Sequence record: PP496440.1
Length of the DNA stretch: 64,000 bases
Reading direction: 5' to 3' (one strand)
Shown: positions 52,101 through 61,086 of the stretch, in pieces
Layout of the letters: the number at the start of each line of letters is the position of its first letter
Position numbering within the stretch: position 1 is the first letter of the stretch
Notes under the pieces: generated by a model
What the model saw: the letters and a program-made list of their open reading frames with translations, nothing else
The model's database searches: none
Told to the model about the DNA's origin: nothing
Made by a program: the position numbers and the translations under genes

Positions 52101-54889
52101 TCCACGTGGTCAACCTTCTTGTCCGGCTGGCGCTGACCCGACACAATTGGCCTGATCTGGTGAGCCAGTGCGGAGAAGTCGGAACGGATGAACGGAACCG
52201 GTGACACTTCCGTCTCGTCGTTGACCTTGACCGGGTTCAGCGAATACTTCGCCTGCTTGGCCGCTACTTGGGACTTCAGTTCATCCTTGGCTGACTGGTC
52301 TGCATACTTCGCCATGGCAAAGATAGAAGCCACACCTTGCATACGACTGGTGACCGACAACACGTTACTGGTGCCGATGGCCTTCGGATCGCTTAGGACC
52401 TTGAACAACGCGTCCGTACCGTCTTGCATGGCTTCGACCGCAATACGGCCAATGCCTCGGAGCATAGGGATATTGGAATCCGCAGTCAGATGGCTGAGTC
52501 GCAGGTCCTTATACACCTCTTCGAACGGGTAATCGCCAATGTCGATGTCCCGATCAACCAGACGCTTCGACAGCGAGGACACGGATTGCAGCACCTCGTG
52601 GATAGTTGGGTTGCCCCCAGCCGGGAACAGGAAGTCTTGAACGCTCTCACCCAGCACGTCAGTCACTGTGGGGGGTACGTCGAAGTCACCTTCCTCGAAG
52701 TAATCCGTAACCTTCTTGCCCTTGTAGTTCAACCACGCGGTCAGCGAGTTACGCAGGTAGCCGAACGACAGCGACTTGGGCGCAACATACTGTTCCAATG
52801 TCTTGCTGTATTCCATGACGCTGGCCGGGGAATAAGCCGAGACATCATACGTGACCAGTCCACCAGACGAAGTGGTGTAGCTGAGGATGTCCGCACCCCA
52901 GTCAGTGAAGATGTAGTAGGAGCGTAGACGGCCTTGAGCGAATTGCTTGATAACCAGATTATCCGTCTTGGCGTTGTCCGGGATCATGTACTGGTTCTGG
53001 ATGCTGATCTCAGGAGTTTCCTGACCCTCAACCTCTTTGAACTTCGCTTTGACGCCACCCATGCCCACGTCTTGGCGGGTGTATTCGTTGTCTGCGAAGG
53101 CACCGCGATACGAATCCTCGATGGCCTTCTCGTACTGCGCAACGATCTGTGGATCAGCGGTGGGCACGAACACCAGGTCAGCATCGGGACCAACCATCAT
53201 CTGGTCACCGTTCAAACGCGAACGCTGCGGCATTGCGCGGGTATCTGCGATTGCCTTGCCCACGGCACGATAGAACGATGCATCTGTCTTGGCGAACGAG
53301 TACTGCGCGTCAGTCATCTGATACGCCCACTCGGCCACGTCAACCGGGGCGGGTGGAGAGTGCTGAGTCACGAACGCAGCCACGTCTTCCGAGATAGTGA
53401 ACTCGGAGAAAGCAACAACCTCGGCGTCACCTGCCTCACCGATGTTAGACAGACGACACATGAACGAGCGGGACTTCAGACGCGCCATCGCATCCTTGTA
53501 GTCCGCCTTGTCTACCACGTCAGTCTGCAGTGACGGTGGCACTGGCATCTTGTTGGACGTCAACCAGCCATTGAGGCGGGTCATCGGCGTGTTTTCCAGA
53601 AGCCAGTTGATGAAGTCAACCGGTGCCTTTGGCATGGTTGGTTCTTCCGGTGCGCCCGCAGTCAGGTTGCCGTCCAGCCCCCGGTACGCATGGTTCCAGT
53701 TCTTGAGCAGGCGCTCTAGAATCTTGCCGCCGACTTCCTGCCGCACTTTTTCAAAGGACGGTTTGTCTTCCTTCGAATAGGCGAAGATGATCTTGGCGAC
53801 CATGCTCTCGTTGACATCAGACCAGTTGTTGTCGTAGTCCAGATCTTCGATGCGATACTTGCGCAGCACATCTAGCTGTTGCTGGTTGGTGAAGCTGCAA
53901 TACATCACGTTCTCACCAAGAGTACGACGCACGTACGGCATCTTACCGGCGGTGCCCGTGCCATTGAGGAAGCTTACCTCATTGGTGCTTTGTACGCCTG
54001 CATCACCACGGGGTGGTGATACTTCGATCAGCAGGTTGAGCCCACCAACCAGTTCCTTCAACCCATCTTTCTCGAAGGCGAAGTCGTTCTCGCCCATCAA
54101 GATTTCCTTGTCGATGAACGGACTGTTCAACGCAGATTTGAAGTTGACAGGAATGCGCAACCGCATCTGGCGAGTCATGTCGTCCAACGCCAGCGGATCT
54201 TCCATGAACTTGCCCAGTGCAGTCTTGAGCAGTTCCAGTTGGCTGGTCATCAGTGCGTCGACCTTGGTCTGCATCCGGCTACGCTCGTCCAGCGGCAGAT
54301 ACACCATGGCATTTTGCAGGATCTTAACACGCGGGACAACGTAGGCCATGTCGATTCTGCTTTCGACGCAAATGCCGATTGCGTCAAGCATCTCAGGGAC
54401 CGAGAATCCGGGGATGCGGGACTCTTTGACGTTGCTGCCCATGGCCGGGATAGCCAGCGTGAAGTCACCTCGACCATTCGCCGTCACCTTGGTATACGGC
54501 GCCAGCGTACGCATGCCTTCCGACATCTCGTCCCACTTATCAGCCTTGATCGTAGCACGGTTGGCACGGAAGGAGGCCGGAGGGTTAACACCGTAGTCCT
54601 TGAACTCCAGGCTTTCCTTCATGTCCTGCAACAGACGCTTGCCGTTGTCGAACAACTTCGGCAGCTCGGTCTCGAACAAGTTCGGTACCTTGGACAGTTC
54701 GTCCATCAGCGATGCGCCGCCCACGGACAGAACAGCGTACGCCATGCTGTGCAGGTCACCCAGCTTGTAGTCGTACGTTGCTTCGTAGTCTTCCGGCTCT
54801 TCAACCGGCTCGGCCAATGGTGCTGCCAGCGAGCGTAAGCGTTCCGTCTCTTCCGGGGCGCGACTACGCCGTTTTGATTTCTTGCTCAT
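49139..54889 (-). CDS. Giant SNF2-like (SF2) helicase/ATPase
   Basis: DAGGGKT, MDESQ, TTGT, KVLIFC, GHNFQ...VWSPGEFEQGQSRLNR; ATG 54889 with AGGTG. Confidence 0.85.
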   Translation of the reverse strand: MSKKSKRRSRAPEETERLRSLAAPLAEPVEEPEDYEATYDYKLGDLHSMAYAVLSVGGASLMDELSKVPNLFETELPKLFDNGKRLLQDMKESLEFKDYGVNPPASFRANRATIKADKWDEMSEGMRTLAPYTKVTANGRGDFTLAIPAMGSNVKESRIPGFSVPEMLDAIGICVESRIDMAYVVPRVKILQNAMVYLPLDERSRMQTKVDALMTSQLELLKTALGKFMEDPLALDDMTRQMRLRIPVNFKSALNSPFIDKEILMGENDFAFEKDGLKELVGGLNLLIEVSPPRGDAGVQSTNEVSFLNGTGTAGKMPYVRRTLGENVMYCSFTNQQQLDVLRKYRIEDLDYDNNWSDVNESMVAKIIFAYSKEDKPSFEKVRQEVGGKILERLLKNWNHAYRGLDGNLTAGAPEEPTMPKAPVDFINWLLENTPMTRLNGWLTSNKMPVPPSLQTDVVDKADYKDAMARLKSRSFMCRLSNIGEAGDAEVVAFSEFTISEDVAAFVTQHSPPAPVDVAEWAYQMTDAQYSFAKTDASFYRAVGKAIADTRAMPQRSRLNGDQMMVGPDADLVFVPTADPQIVAQYEKAIEDSYRGAFADNEYTRQDVGMGGVKAKFKEVEGQETPEISIQNQYMIPDNAKTDNLVIKQFAQGRLRSYYIFTDWGADILSYTTSSGGLVTYDVSAYSPASVMEYSKTLEQYVAPKSLSFGYLRNSLTAWLNYKGKKVTDYFEEGDFDVPPTVTDVLGESVQDFLFPAGGNPTIHEVLQSVSSLSKRLVDRDIDIGDYPFEEVYKDLRLSHLTADSNIPMLRGIGRIAVEAMQDGTDALFKVLSDPKAIGTSNVLSVTSRMQGVASIFAMAKYADQSAKDELKSQVAAKQAKYSLNPVKVNDETEVSPVPFIRSDFSALAHQIRPIVSGQRQPDKKVDHVDAGGGKTLMNVLDCLYTLGQYYERGDLKGQQQKRPLMMCPKNLIKNYIEDITYLTQGSVNVIVLSTDVINRYGHDYMYNLIYNAPVNTLVLCDFDFPKNGQYSIQYGNTDLILSNNSELMRRFEWIYLSMDESQYLANLDSARSSSVRAQATLSDNLRQTTGTYVHGQLTDAAGQFSIMSPSTFGSKKDFIERYAAETFQGKPLSWKNNAERDVRTQMNSAADYVRVSRREWAALLPAATETFHKVSLSKKQMAVYQDILNDAVEAIMADADLMKKLKASDEGEENVANIEMLLRPYLQRLEMFISAPAHDKVGDKVLQGSDRISPKAKEIIRLFDEHSRDKTNGKVLIFCAYVASAQALHASLPPDLQKKVILYYAADKDKLLPKFEKDDSIIGLIGVETSLNTGHNFQFVNRLISTDSVWSPGEFEQGQSRLNRPDPKNKYGARSKIFFDRIIADGTIDVTKTARMMSKLLTMVRFQASDARYDKLPNLPLVSMTLDSIMDANKFGSEDDQGSLFSYVDAYGQYTKIRRDEYADFLKTYDGPTKAKEIPTAGNLPGSALITVPYTSNMQLPFTDALGIIPVSDWLADNDLTADEADMKGLQVHTEYGDGEVISSGKNTLKVKIKEIGTVSVNKLAVFVILKPNKVPVRQRLAEMVGMPERATQYSTPESDPVVEEPEEDDTEEPEDAPAPIPDAPVKKAVVERNRDLDGEIYVYPGVLNNMIQLALDREDPDVTDKMATQLGFRETGKFIYAIVPTYRALSSVIDKLKENFEVQPRYLKDLESALAAFTQGKRRLLNFEAALDTDVRNFHLDRKRAVPKGELRPYVMFYEGECWILVDMTKQPSAVQVRRKVIVPTVKWESSDSEWFILSNSKAEAKAELDAIVRSGVSVGNYDEVMETIKSLTLRTKKRTPAAKVNTEVTGKTIRRFQTKSGTRFIALVKTKAGYVLETQDGNTDLGKISEAAAGRALAKAVKAETKWKLREVA

Positions 54890-54899
54890 GGATTGCACC

Positions 54900-55376
54900 T
54901 TACTTGACTAAGCCGTTGTTGTTGACCAGTAGATCCCAGTACGGAATCGGCGGGGTGATCTTGCGGCGCTGGAAGAAAACCAGAATGGTCTTGGCCACCT
55001 TGATGCGGTCGTAGGGCTTCAACCCTTCGATGAGCGTGGGACCGTACAGCGTCTCCGCCAGATTGCTCGCTTCCCGATCCGTGTAGCCATCGAGGTTGGT
55101 GCCGATGACCGTACACAATCGATCAACTGGCATGTCCAAACCTTTTTCGTACAGCTGGACGTGCATCTCGTTGATCTGCCCGCGAAGACGACGCAGCGTG
55201 TTGTACAACTGCGTGATCTGCTGGGCGTTAAGCTGGGGCACGTCCATGGTGCCTGAATCATCGGCGCCGGGGATAGGGGCCACCAGATTCTCAGCGATGG
55301 TCACATCCTTGATCAGCCTGTCGTACTGGTCAAGCATGGTGACGCTGATACTCTTGATTCCTTTACCTTTGTTCAT
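54900..55376 (-). CDS. Hypothetical protein
   Basis: 158 aa ORF, GGAG RBS. Confidence 0.7.
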   Translation of the reverse strand: MNKGKGIKSISVTMLDQYDRLIKDVTIAENLVAPIPGADDSGTMDVPQLNAQQITQLYNTLRRLRGQINEMHVQLYEKGLDMPVDRLCTVIGTNLDGYTDREASNLAETLYGPTLIEGLKPYDRIKVAKTILVFFQRRKITPPIPYWDLLVNNNGLVK

Positions 55377-55420
55377 ACTAGTGCTGCTCCTACTCTCGAA
55401 TTGGCATGTGTCAATACGGC

Positions 55421-55429
55421 TATTTACCG
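55421..55429 (-). promoter_or_regulatory. Candidate phage promoter (GTAAATA class)
   Basis: CGGTAAATAGC identical to 24271..24281; overlaps the HNH stop codon. Confidence 0.4.
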
Positions 55430-55834
55430 TTTGTTTTGCCGTGCGATCTTCTTCCGCTGCTCATCTTTATATAGGTGACCATGCAGGAAATTCTTGGAAT
55501 GACACGCGGGGCATAACGGGATCAGGTTGGACTTGCTGTCGGTGCCGCCACGGGATGCCTGCTTGATATGGTGCAGCGCGAGCCGCCCACCGTCAGGGAT
55601 CTTGCTCTGGTGAATGCCACAGCGACCGCAGCAGTTGTTGAAGACCGCTTTGACTTCCTTCTTACGGTCCTTCCACTCGTCCGTCTTGAGCCCGCCCAAG
55701 TACGTTGCCTTCTTGGCTCGCTTGACGATACCGGTCTTGCTGATACCCGAACCAGTCGATGGGCGTGCTATCTTGATGCCCGGCTTGCCCGGCTTACGGG
55801 GGCCATTGATCCGGGCACGGGGCGGCGTTTTCAT
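55424..55834 (-). CDS. HNH endonuclease
   Basis: CGRC...LHHIK...GG..SKSNLIPLCPACH. Confidence 0.85.
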   Translation of the reverse strand: MKTPPRARINGPRKPGKPGIKIARPSTGSGISKTGIVKRAKKATYLGGLKTDEWKDRKKEVKAVFNNCCGRCGIHQSKIPDGGRLALHHIKQASRGGTDSKSNLIPLCPACHSKNFLHGHLYKDEQRKKIARQNKR

Positions 55835-55837
55835 AGC

Positions 55838-56587
55838 TTACTCCAGAAACGATTTCAAGTCAACATTGATCTTCCCGTACATTTCCTCGGTCTTTTTGCC
55901 CATGTCGCGGAAACATTGCAGCACGGCATCTTCAACCTTGGCCCAGCGCTTGTCCTTGATATGCGGTGCCAGTGCAGTCTTCAGCATGTTGGCCTGACTC
56001 ACGTACATGTGCGCGAAGCCAATGAAGATCGGGTACATAACCTTCTCGCTGATGTTGGCCGCGAGATTGCTTTGCTCCTGATTAGCCTGCATATCGTTGA
56101 TCAGCTCTCGGATCGAGTTGATCATGGCATTCAGAGAGTAGACAGCGGACTGGGAGCCTTCCGTGTTCCTCACCCGGAGTTCGAGAATGGGCACCATGTC
56201 AATCAAGGTGATCAACATGCGTACCTGGAACATGGAAAAACCCCGATCTTTTTCCTCAGCGGACGAGATCAGGGACATAATCTTATTTGAGTCAGTACCG
56301 AAGATCGACTCCAGCATATCCGGGTCAACTTCCAGCTCACCACCTTCCGCCATGGAAGTTTTCATCTTAACCAAGTAGTCCCGCAGTTCATCCGGGTTCT
56401 TACTGGACACGGCGTCAACCCCGGTGAATCCGCAAGAGTCACACACGGGATCATCGTTGAGTATCTCGGAGGACAACTCATCTGGTGCACGGCATTTGGT
56501 ACACCGGCACTTGTATGTATCTTTGGTCAAAGTCTTCACGACACGGAACGCGCCGTAGGTGGCCTTCACCTTGATTGGATCAGCCAT
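55838..56587 (-). CDS. Zinc-ribbon plus helical protein, possibly terminase small subunit
   Basis: CRCTKC...CDSC; helical SAVYSLNAMINSIREL; next to HNH. Confidence 0.4.
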   Translation of the reverse strand: MADPIKVKATYGAFRVVKTLTKDTYKCRCTKCRAPDELSSEILNDDPVCDSCGFTGVDAVSSKNPDELRDYLVKMKTSMAEGGELEVDPDMLESIFGTDSNKIMSLISSAEEKDRGFSMFQVRMLITLIDMVPILELRVRNTEGSQSAVYSLNAMINSIRELINDMQANQEQSNLAANISEKVMYPIFIGFAHMYVSQANMLKTALAPHIKDKRWAKVEDAVLQCFRDMGKKTEEMYGKINVDLKSFLE

Positions 56588-56987
56588 GGTTGAGCACCTC
56601 TAATACATTCACGGTAGACAGGAAGTGTTTGGTCGGCGGGTTGGTCTGGAACAAACGAAGCATCTGCGGCTGGATCCAAAGGAACCTGTCGTGTTCATCG
56701 TTCAAAGTGATGGGTGGCACATGAGTCAGATTAATCAGGACGTACACCCGGTCGGCATCCAGCTTATCCGCCTTGATGCGTTTCCATGGCTCGCTCTTGA
56801 TCGTGTGCCAGCCCAACTCCTCTGCCAGTTCCCTGCGCAATGCAACCGCTGCCTTCTCCCCGGCATCCAACCGACCACCGGGAAGATTCCACGTTCCTGC
56901 GTTATTCACCTTAGCGCTGCGGCGTGCCAGTAGCACATCGCCTGTTGCAGTGTTTCGAATGATGGCGTACACGCCGCGCTTTTCCAT
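56580..56987 (-). CDS. Nudix hydrolase
   Basis: Nudix box PGGRLDAGEKAAVALRRELAEELG. Confidence 0.9.
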   Translation of the reverse strand: MEKRGVYAIIRNTATGDVLLARRSAKVNNAGTWNLPGGRLDAGEKAAVALRRELAEELGWHTIKSEPWKRIKADKLDADRVYVLINLTHVPPITLNDEHDRFLWIQPQMLRLFQTNPPTKHFLSTVNVLEVLNHG

Positions 56988-56993
56988 ACCTAC

Positions 56994-58142
56994 TTATCCT
57001 TGACGTGAAGCCCATGCTTCCAGAATCTTTTCCGCTTGCTCCGCTACATCACCTGCAAACTTCGGATTGGGTTTCTGTTGCTTCGAGCTCTTGACAGCCC
57101 ACTGACCAATCTGAATCGTAGGACACGCTGGAACACCGGTCTCTTGGGTGGAGGCCATGAGTTGTGCAAACTCGACTGTCCCATTTACTGCTTTGTTCAA
57201 GACGTCACGTGCGAAGCTGTTCAGACGCTCCGCTGAAGCAGTGCCGGCCTTGAACGCCATGGTGACGATGAACGACGTAGTGCTCTTGTCCACCGCGATG
57301 ACAAGCGGCAGGGTATCCGTGATGCTACCCGAGGCGCTGGAAGCCGTAATGCGCTGCACGTCACCGCTGGCCAGACCCTTGAGTGCGTCCAGCTCTTTCT
57401 TGCCGAGCGAAGTCATGGCCGCTTTGATCTTGTCAAGGCTGGTGTAATCTTCGATGCGGAACGTGGACTTGTCTTTCAGCAGGGTGAACTCCTTGCGGAA
57501 TCCGGTCTTGGAGCCGATGTAGATGGCGAACGTGTCGTCTTCGTACGAACGGTACACCGCGTAGTTCTTGTCGCCGGGGTCTGCGAAGAAGAACTGGTGA
57601 ATGACACCCCGCGCCGAGTCCAGCGTGCCCTTGGCGACTTCCTTGAACTGCAACGTCTTGACCAGTTCGGAGAACGCCTTGCGCAGCTTGCCGTACGTAC
57701 TGTCTTCATCGCCGTACAGAATGAACACGTCTTTGCCGTTGGGGCTGGCCTTAACCTTATCCAGACCGAGTGATTCGGTGAGCTGATCCACGTAGCGTCT
57801 GACCACGGTGCTGCGGCCAGTGTCCGGGTTGAGCTTCTCGAAGTCCTCCGGCACTACCCACTTGGAGAGCTGGCTGGCCGGGATCGGTTTGGTACGGGCG
57901 GTGAGAATGGCAGCGCGGCCGATGATGCCAGACATATTCATCATGGCGTAGTACATTGCCACGTCATCATCGTCGAACAGCACCTTGATGCTGTCTTTGC
58001 CCCGGTACTTGGAAAACTCTGTGATCACCACAGTGTAGTAATACGGGTCGCTCTTATCACCGTAGTTGACGATGATGCGGTCATTGATCTTTACGGGTGG
58101 GAGAGCCGCAGCCACCACGATTTCTGCATGTACTAGGGGCAT
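56994..58142 (-). CDS. Hypothetical protein with SH3/Tudor-like paralogous domain
   Basis: KINDRIIVNYG...VLFDDD...SGIIGRA. Confidence 0.7.
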   Translation of the reverse strand: MPLVHAEIVVAAALPPVKINDRIIVNYGDKSDPYYYTVVITEFSKYRGKDSIKVLFDDDDVAMYYAMMNMSGIIGRAAILTARTKPIPASQLSKWVVPEDFEKLNPDTGRSTVVRRYVDQLTESLGLDKVKASPNGKDVFILYGDEDSTYGKLRKAFSELVKTLQFKEVAKGTLDSARGVIHQFFFADPGDKNYAVYRSYEDDTFAIYIGSKTGFRKEFTLLKDKSTFRIEDYTSLDKIKAAMTSLGKKELDALKGLASGDVQRITASSASGSITDTLPLVIAVDKSTTSFIVTMAFKAGTASAERLNSFARDVLNKAVNGTVEFAQLMASTQETGVPACPTIQIGQWAVKSSKQQKPNPKFAGDVAEQAEKILEAWASRQG

Positions 58143-58180
58143 GATTTATTACCTTGAGTTGCGTGTCCACATGCGTTAAA

Positions 58181-58729
58181 TTAGACAGGCGGGAAAGTGA
58201 AGGCCGTGTGGCGGGTTACTTCAGAGCCACTGGCATTGATGGCGTCATCGATGAAGGACAAGACCTCCCAGTCACGGTCTTCCGCATACCGGGTCAGCGT
58301 GATTCGGGCCAGATCGGGAAGGGATACCGGCGGACATTCAACCTCACTCAGTGGATCCGTTTGGGACACTGCACCCTGTAGCTCGTCAACCACCATCACG
58401 ACGCCTGTGATGTTACCGCTGGCGTGCATGTTCAGCAGGATGTCTACTAAGGTGCCTATGACGCGTGCCTGATCGTCTCGGTCCGCCATCAAGGCCATTA
58501 CCACATTGCCGTAGGTTTCAGGGATCGACAGGTTCCACACGGTGTCCAGCGGGTATGCCGGGGTAGGATCGATCAGCAGGTCAGCGTCCACTCGATCTAG
58601 ATCGATGCGAAACTGCGGCATGTTAGGCAGCGCTACCGTGGCCTGCATTTTGTTGGGCGCCTGCAGTGACCAGTTCCACTGCAAGGGCTCGAAATAGGAC
58701 AACACAACCTGTTTGGCTTGTTTAATCAT
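58181..58729 (-). CDS. Hypothetical protein
   Basis: 182 aa ORF, GAGGT RBS. Confidence 0.7.
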   Translation of the reverse strand: MIKQAKQVVLSYFEPLQWNWSLQAPNKMQATVALPNMPQFRIDLDRVDADLLIDPTPAYPLDTVWNLSIPETYGNVVMALMADRDDQARVIGTLVDILLNMHASGNITGVVMVVDELQGAVSQTDPLSEVECPPVSLPDLARITLTRYAEDRDWEVLSFIDDAINASGSEVTRHTAFTFPPV

Positions 58730-58751
58730 TGGAATGTCACCTCACACATAC

Positions 58752-58783
58752 AAAAATGGGGGATGAACGTGTCATCCCCCATT
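58752..58783 (-). terminator. Intrinsic terminator
   Basis: AATGGGGGATGA/TCATCCCCCATT stem plus U-tract on the minus strand. Confidence 0.8.
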
Positions 58784-58806
58784 GGGTGCTTCGCCTGCGC
58801 TACCGA

Positions 58807-59079
58807 TTAACGGTCGCCCAGTTTGATCTTGACTGGAGCACCAACCTTGCTACGTTTGCGAGTGACGCGCAGGTCACCCTTGGCTTTCCGCGAGCGGCGC
58901 AGCTTGGCCCGTTTCAGGATCTCGGACTTGTTCTTGCGGTAGTACTGCTTGCTCGCCAGCTTGCGGGCAGCTTTGTTCTTGCGAGCTTCCATCAGCGCCT
59001 TTTTGCGCTCAGCGGCAGTACGGGGTTTGGTACGACGGGTCAGGCCATTGCCTTTCAGCTTCAACCGTTTCATAGCCAT
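58807..59079 (-). CDS. Small highly basic protein (DNA-condensing candidate)
   Basis: About one third Lys/Arg, GGAGAG RBS, followed by a terminator. Confidence 0.75.
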   Translation of the reverse strand: MAMKRLKLKGNGLTRRTKPRTAAERKKALMEARKNKAARKLASKQYYRKNKSEILKRAKLRRSRKAKGDLRVTRKRSKVGAPVKIKLGDR

Positions 59080-59095
59080 GGTGGTATCTCTCCAG

Positions 59096-61075
59096 TCAAT
59101 TGATTCCGTACTTTTTGATAAAAGCGGAATAAGGGGTTTTATCGCCTTCGAAGGAATTGACCTTCGAGTTACTTGCCCCGTCTTTGTAGATCAGGGTCGT
59201 GGTAAGGTTCGCGCTGAACGGCCCAATGACGCCGCCGTTCTTCACGATGAACTCGTTTACCTTGCTGTCCCTTACACCGGTCAAGTAGAAGCGCTGACCT
59301 TTGAACAACTGGGACGCCACCCGAACCTTCTTCGGTGGCTTCGGCAACACGTACGTCAATCCAGCCTTGGTATACGCCATGAAGGCCGTCATGAAGGCCG
59401 GAAGGGCTGCAATGAACTGATCCGCACGCTTAGGTCCGAATCCATCCAGTTCTGCCAGCTTTTCCCGCAATGCCTCACGGGAAGCTTTGGTCCGCTGCAA
59501 GCCCGTAGGATCACCCAGGCTCAACGCTGCCGGTTTCAGCAGTGTGAGTCCCATCCCGTGGCCGAACGCCCCGCTGGCGACCATTAGGTCGGCTAGGTCA
59601 ACGTCCACCACACAGTCGGCCAGCGCCGCAACGAACTTCTTAGCCGTCGGGGCACCGAAACCAGCTTGCTCGACCAGCTCTTTGGCGAACCGGATCGGGG
59701 TTTTGGTCACTTTACGAATTAGGCCCTGTACGCCGCCAACGTCCATGTACTCTAGCATAGCGTCAAACGTGGCTTCCTTGAACCCTTCCAGGCCGAGCGT
59801 CACGAAGAAGAACGTCATGGACTTCGTAAGCTGTTGCTCTCCGCTACCAATGGTGCGGATGTTAACCCCGTTCTCATCCCAGTCGTACGACCCCGACTTG
59901 GGCAGATCGGCTTTACGTGCGGGGGTGACCACACCTGTGATGTAGGGGATCACGTCACCAGACCGAACTAGGGTGATTACGGCGCCTTTCCCGATCTTGT
60001 TGTCCTTGATGAACTTGGCGTTATGCCCTGTGGCCCACGTAACTTTGACACCCGCCAGTCGTACGGGAGTTATCTTGACGCGGGGTTTGAGCGTCCCGTA
60101 TCTTGATTCGTTCCACTGGACTTCTTCAACGGTTGCTGTTGCCACCTCGGACATCAGTGCGGACTTGAAGGCGAACTGATAGTCTGGGTTACCTGAACCC
60201 GAGGGGACGCGACCCACCTTGGTCGTGGACACGATGATGCCGTCCATCTCGTATATCGACTTCTTGCGGCGGTCCAACAGGTAATCGGTCAGCTCATTGA
60301 CATCCAGTCGCAGTACCCTCTTGACCGTAGGGATCAGGAAGCCCATTGCCTTGAGTTTGGCGAACTGCTTGTCCACGTCCATGGCAGGCTTGACGATCTG
60401 GTACATGACCACTTTGATCTTCTTGCCCTTGAACACCGGCGGAATGATCTTGCTGTTCGCGGCACCGGCCACCAGATTGCGGGGGTTGGCGAAGTCGTCC
60501 TTGAACTGCTCGAAGGTGGCCACCGGCATGATCAGCTCACCCCGGCCTTGCCAGCCATTGGGGATTGGGGGCAAGTCCAGATAGGGGGCCACGTGGCTGA
60601 TGTCCAAGCCTTGGTTCCCGTCGCCACGGGTGTACAACTCCGGCTTCTTGGGATTGGTTGTTCCCTTGATGCCGATGGAGATGCCGTCCAGCTTGTCCGA
60701 CAGCACGTAGGGGCCTGGGTTAGCTACCGCCCAGCGCAGGATGGACTTCTCGTCCAGATACTTGTTCATGCTGCCCATGCCGAACGGTAGTGACGTCTTG
60801 TTCAGCTCGTTGGACTTCGAACCCACCTGATACATCTTCTTGTCCACGGTGAGGATGACGGTCTCGAACTTGTCGAACTCTGCGTCGCTGACAACAGGCA
60901 CACCGGCGTAGTATGCGTCTTTCAGCAGTAGGTAGGCATCGGCCAGCTGCTTCTTGGGCACGGACTTCGCCGCTTCCACCTGCATGGCTTTGTTAGCCAT
61001 GTGGATGATACCGAACACGAAGTCTTTCAGTTCTTGGCGACCTTTTTTGGTGCCTATGGTGAACTTGGTCGCCAT
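59096..61075 (-). CDS. ligA: NAD-dependent DNA ligase
   Basis: VSDAEFD, DKLDG, YTRGDG, NPRNLVAG, DGII, AFKS, C-terminal BRCT. Confidence 0.92.
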   Translation of the reverse strand: MATKFTIGTKKGRQELKDFVFGIIHMANKAMQVEAAKSVPKKQLADAYLLLKDAYYAGVPVVSDAEFDKFETVILTVDKKMYQVGSKSNELNKTSLPFGMGSMNKYLDEKSILRWAVANPGPYVLSDKLDGISIGIKGTTNPKKPELYTRGDGNQGLDISHVAPYLDLPPIPNGWQGRGELIMPVATFEQFKDDFANPRNLVAGAANSKIIPPVFKGKKIKVVMYQIVKPAMDVDKQFAKLKAMGFLIPTVKRVLRLDVNELTDYLLDRRKKSIYEMDGIIVSTTKVGRVPSGSGNPDYQFAFKSALMSEVATATVEEVQWNESRYGTLKPRVKITPVRLAGVKVTWATGHNAKFIKDNKIGKGAVITLVRSGDVIPYITGVVTPARKADLPKSGSYDWDENGVNIRTIGSGEQQLTKSMTFFFVTLGLEGFKEATFDAMLEYMDVGGVQGLIRKVTKTPIRFAKELVEQAGFGAPTAKKFVAALADCVVDVDLADLMVASGAFGHGMGLTLLKPAALSLGDPTGLQRTKASREALREKLAELDGFGPKRADQFIAALPAFMTAFMAYTKAGLTYVLPKPPKKVRVASQLFKGQRFYLTGVRDSKVNEFIVKNGGVIGPFSANLTTTLIYKDGASNSKVNSFEGDKTPYSAFIKKYGIN

Positions 61076-61086
61076 CTGGATCGTCC

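Noticed and set aside
49139-54889. DarB-type methyltransferase domain in the giant helicase (NPPA, NGTGTAG)
   Set aside because: Motifs are isolated and lack the expected order and spacing of an N6-adenine methyltransferase
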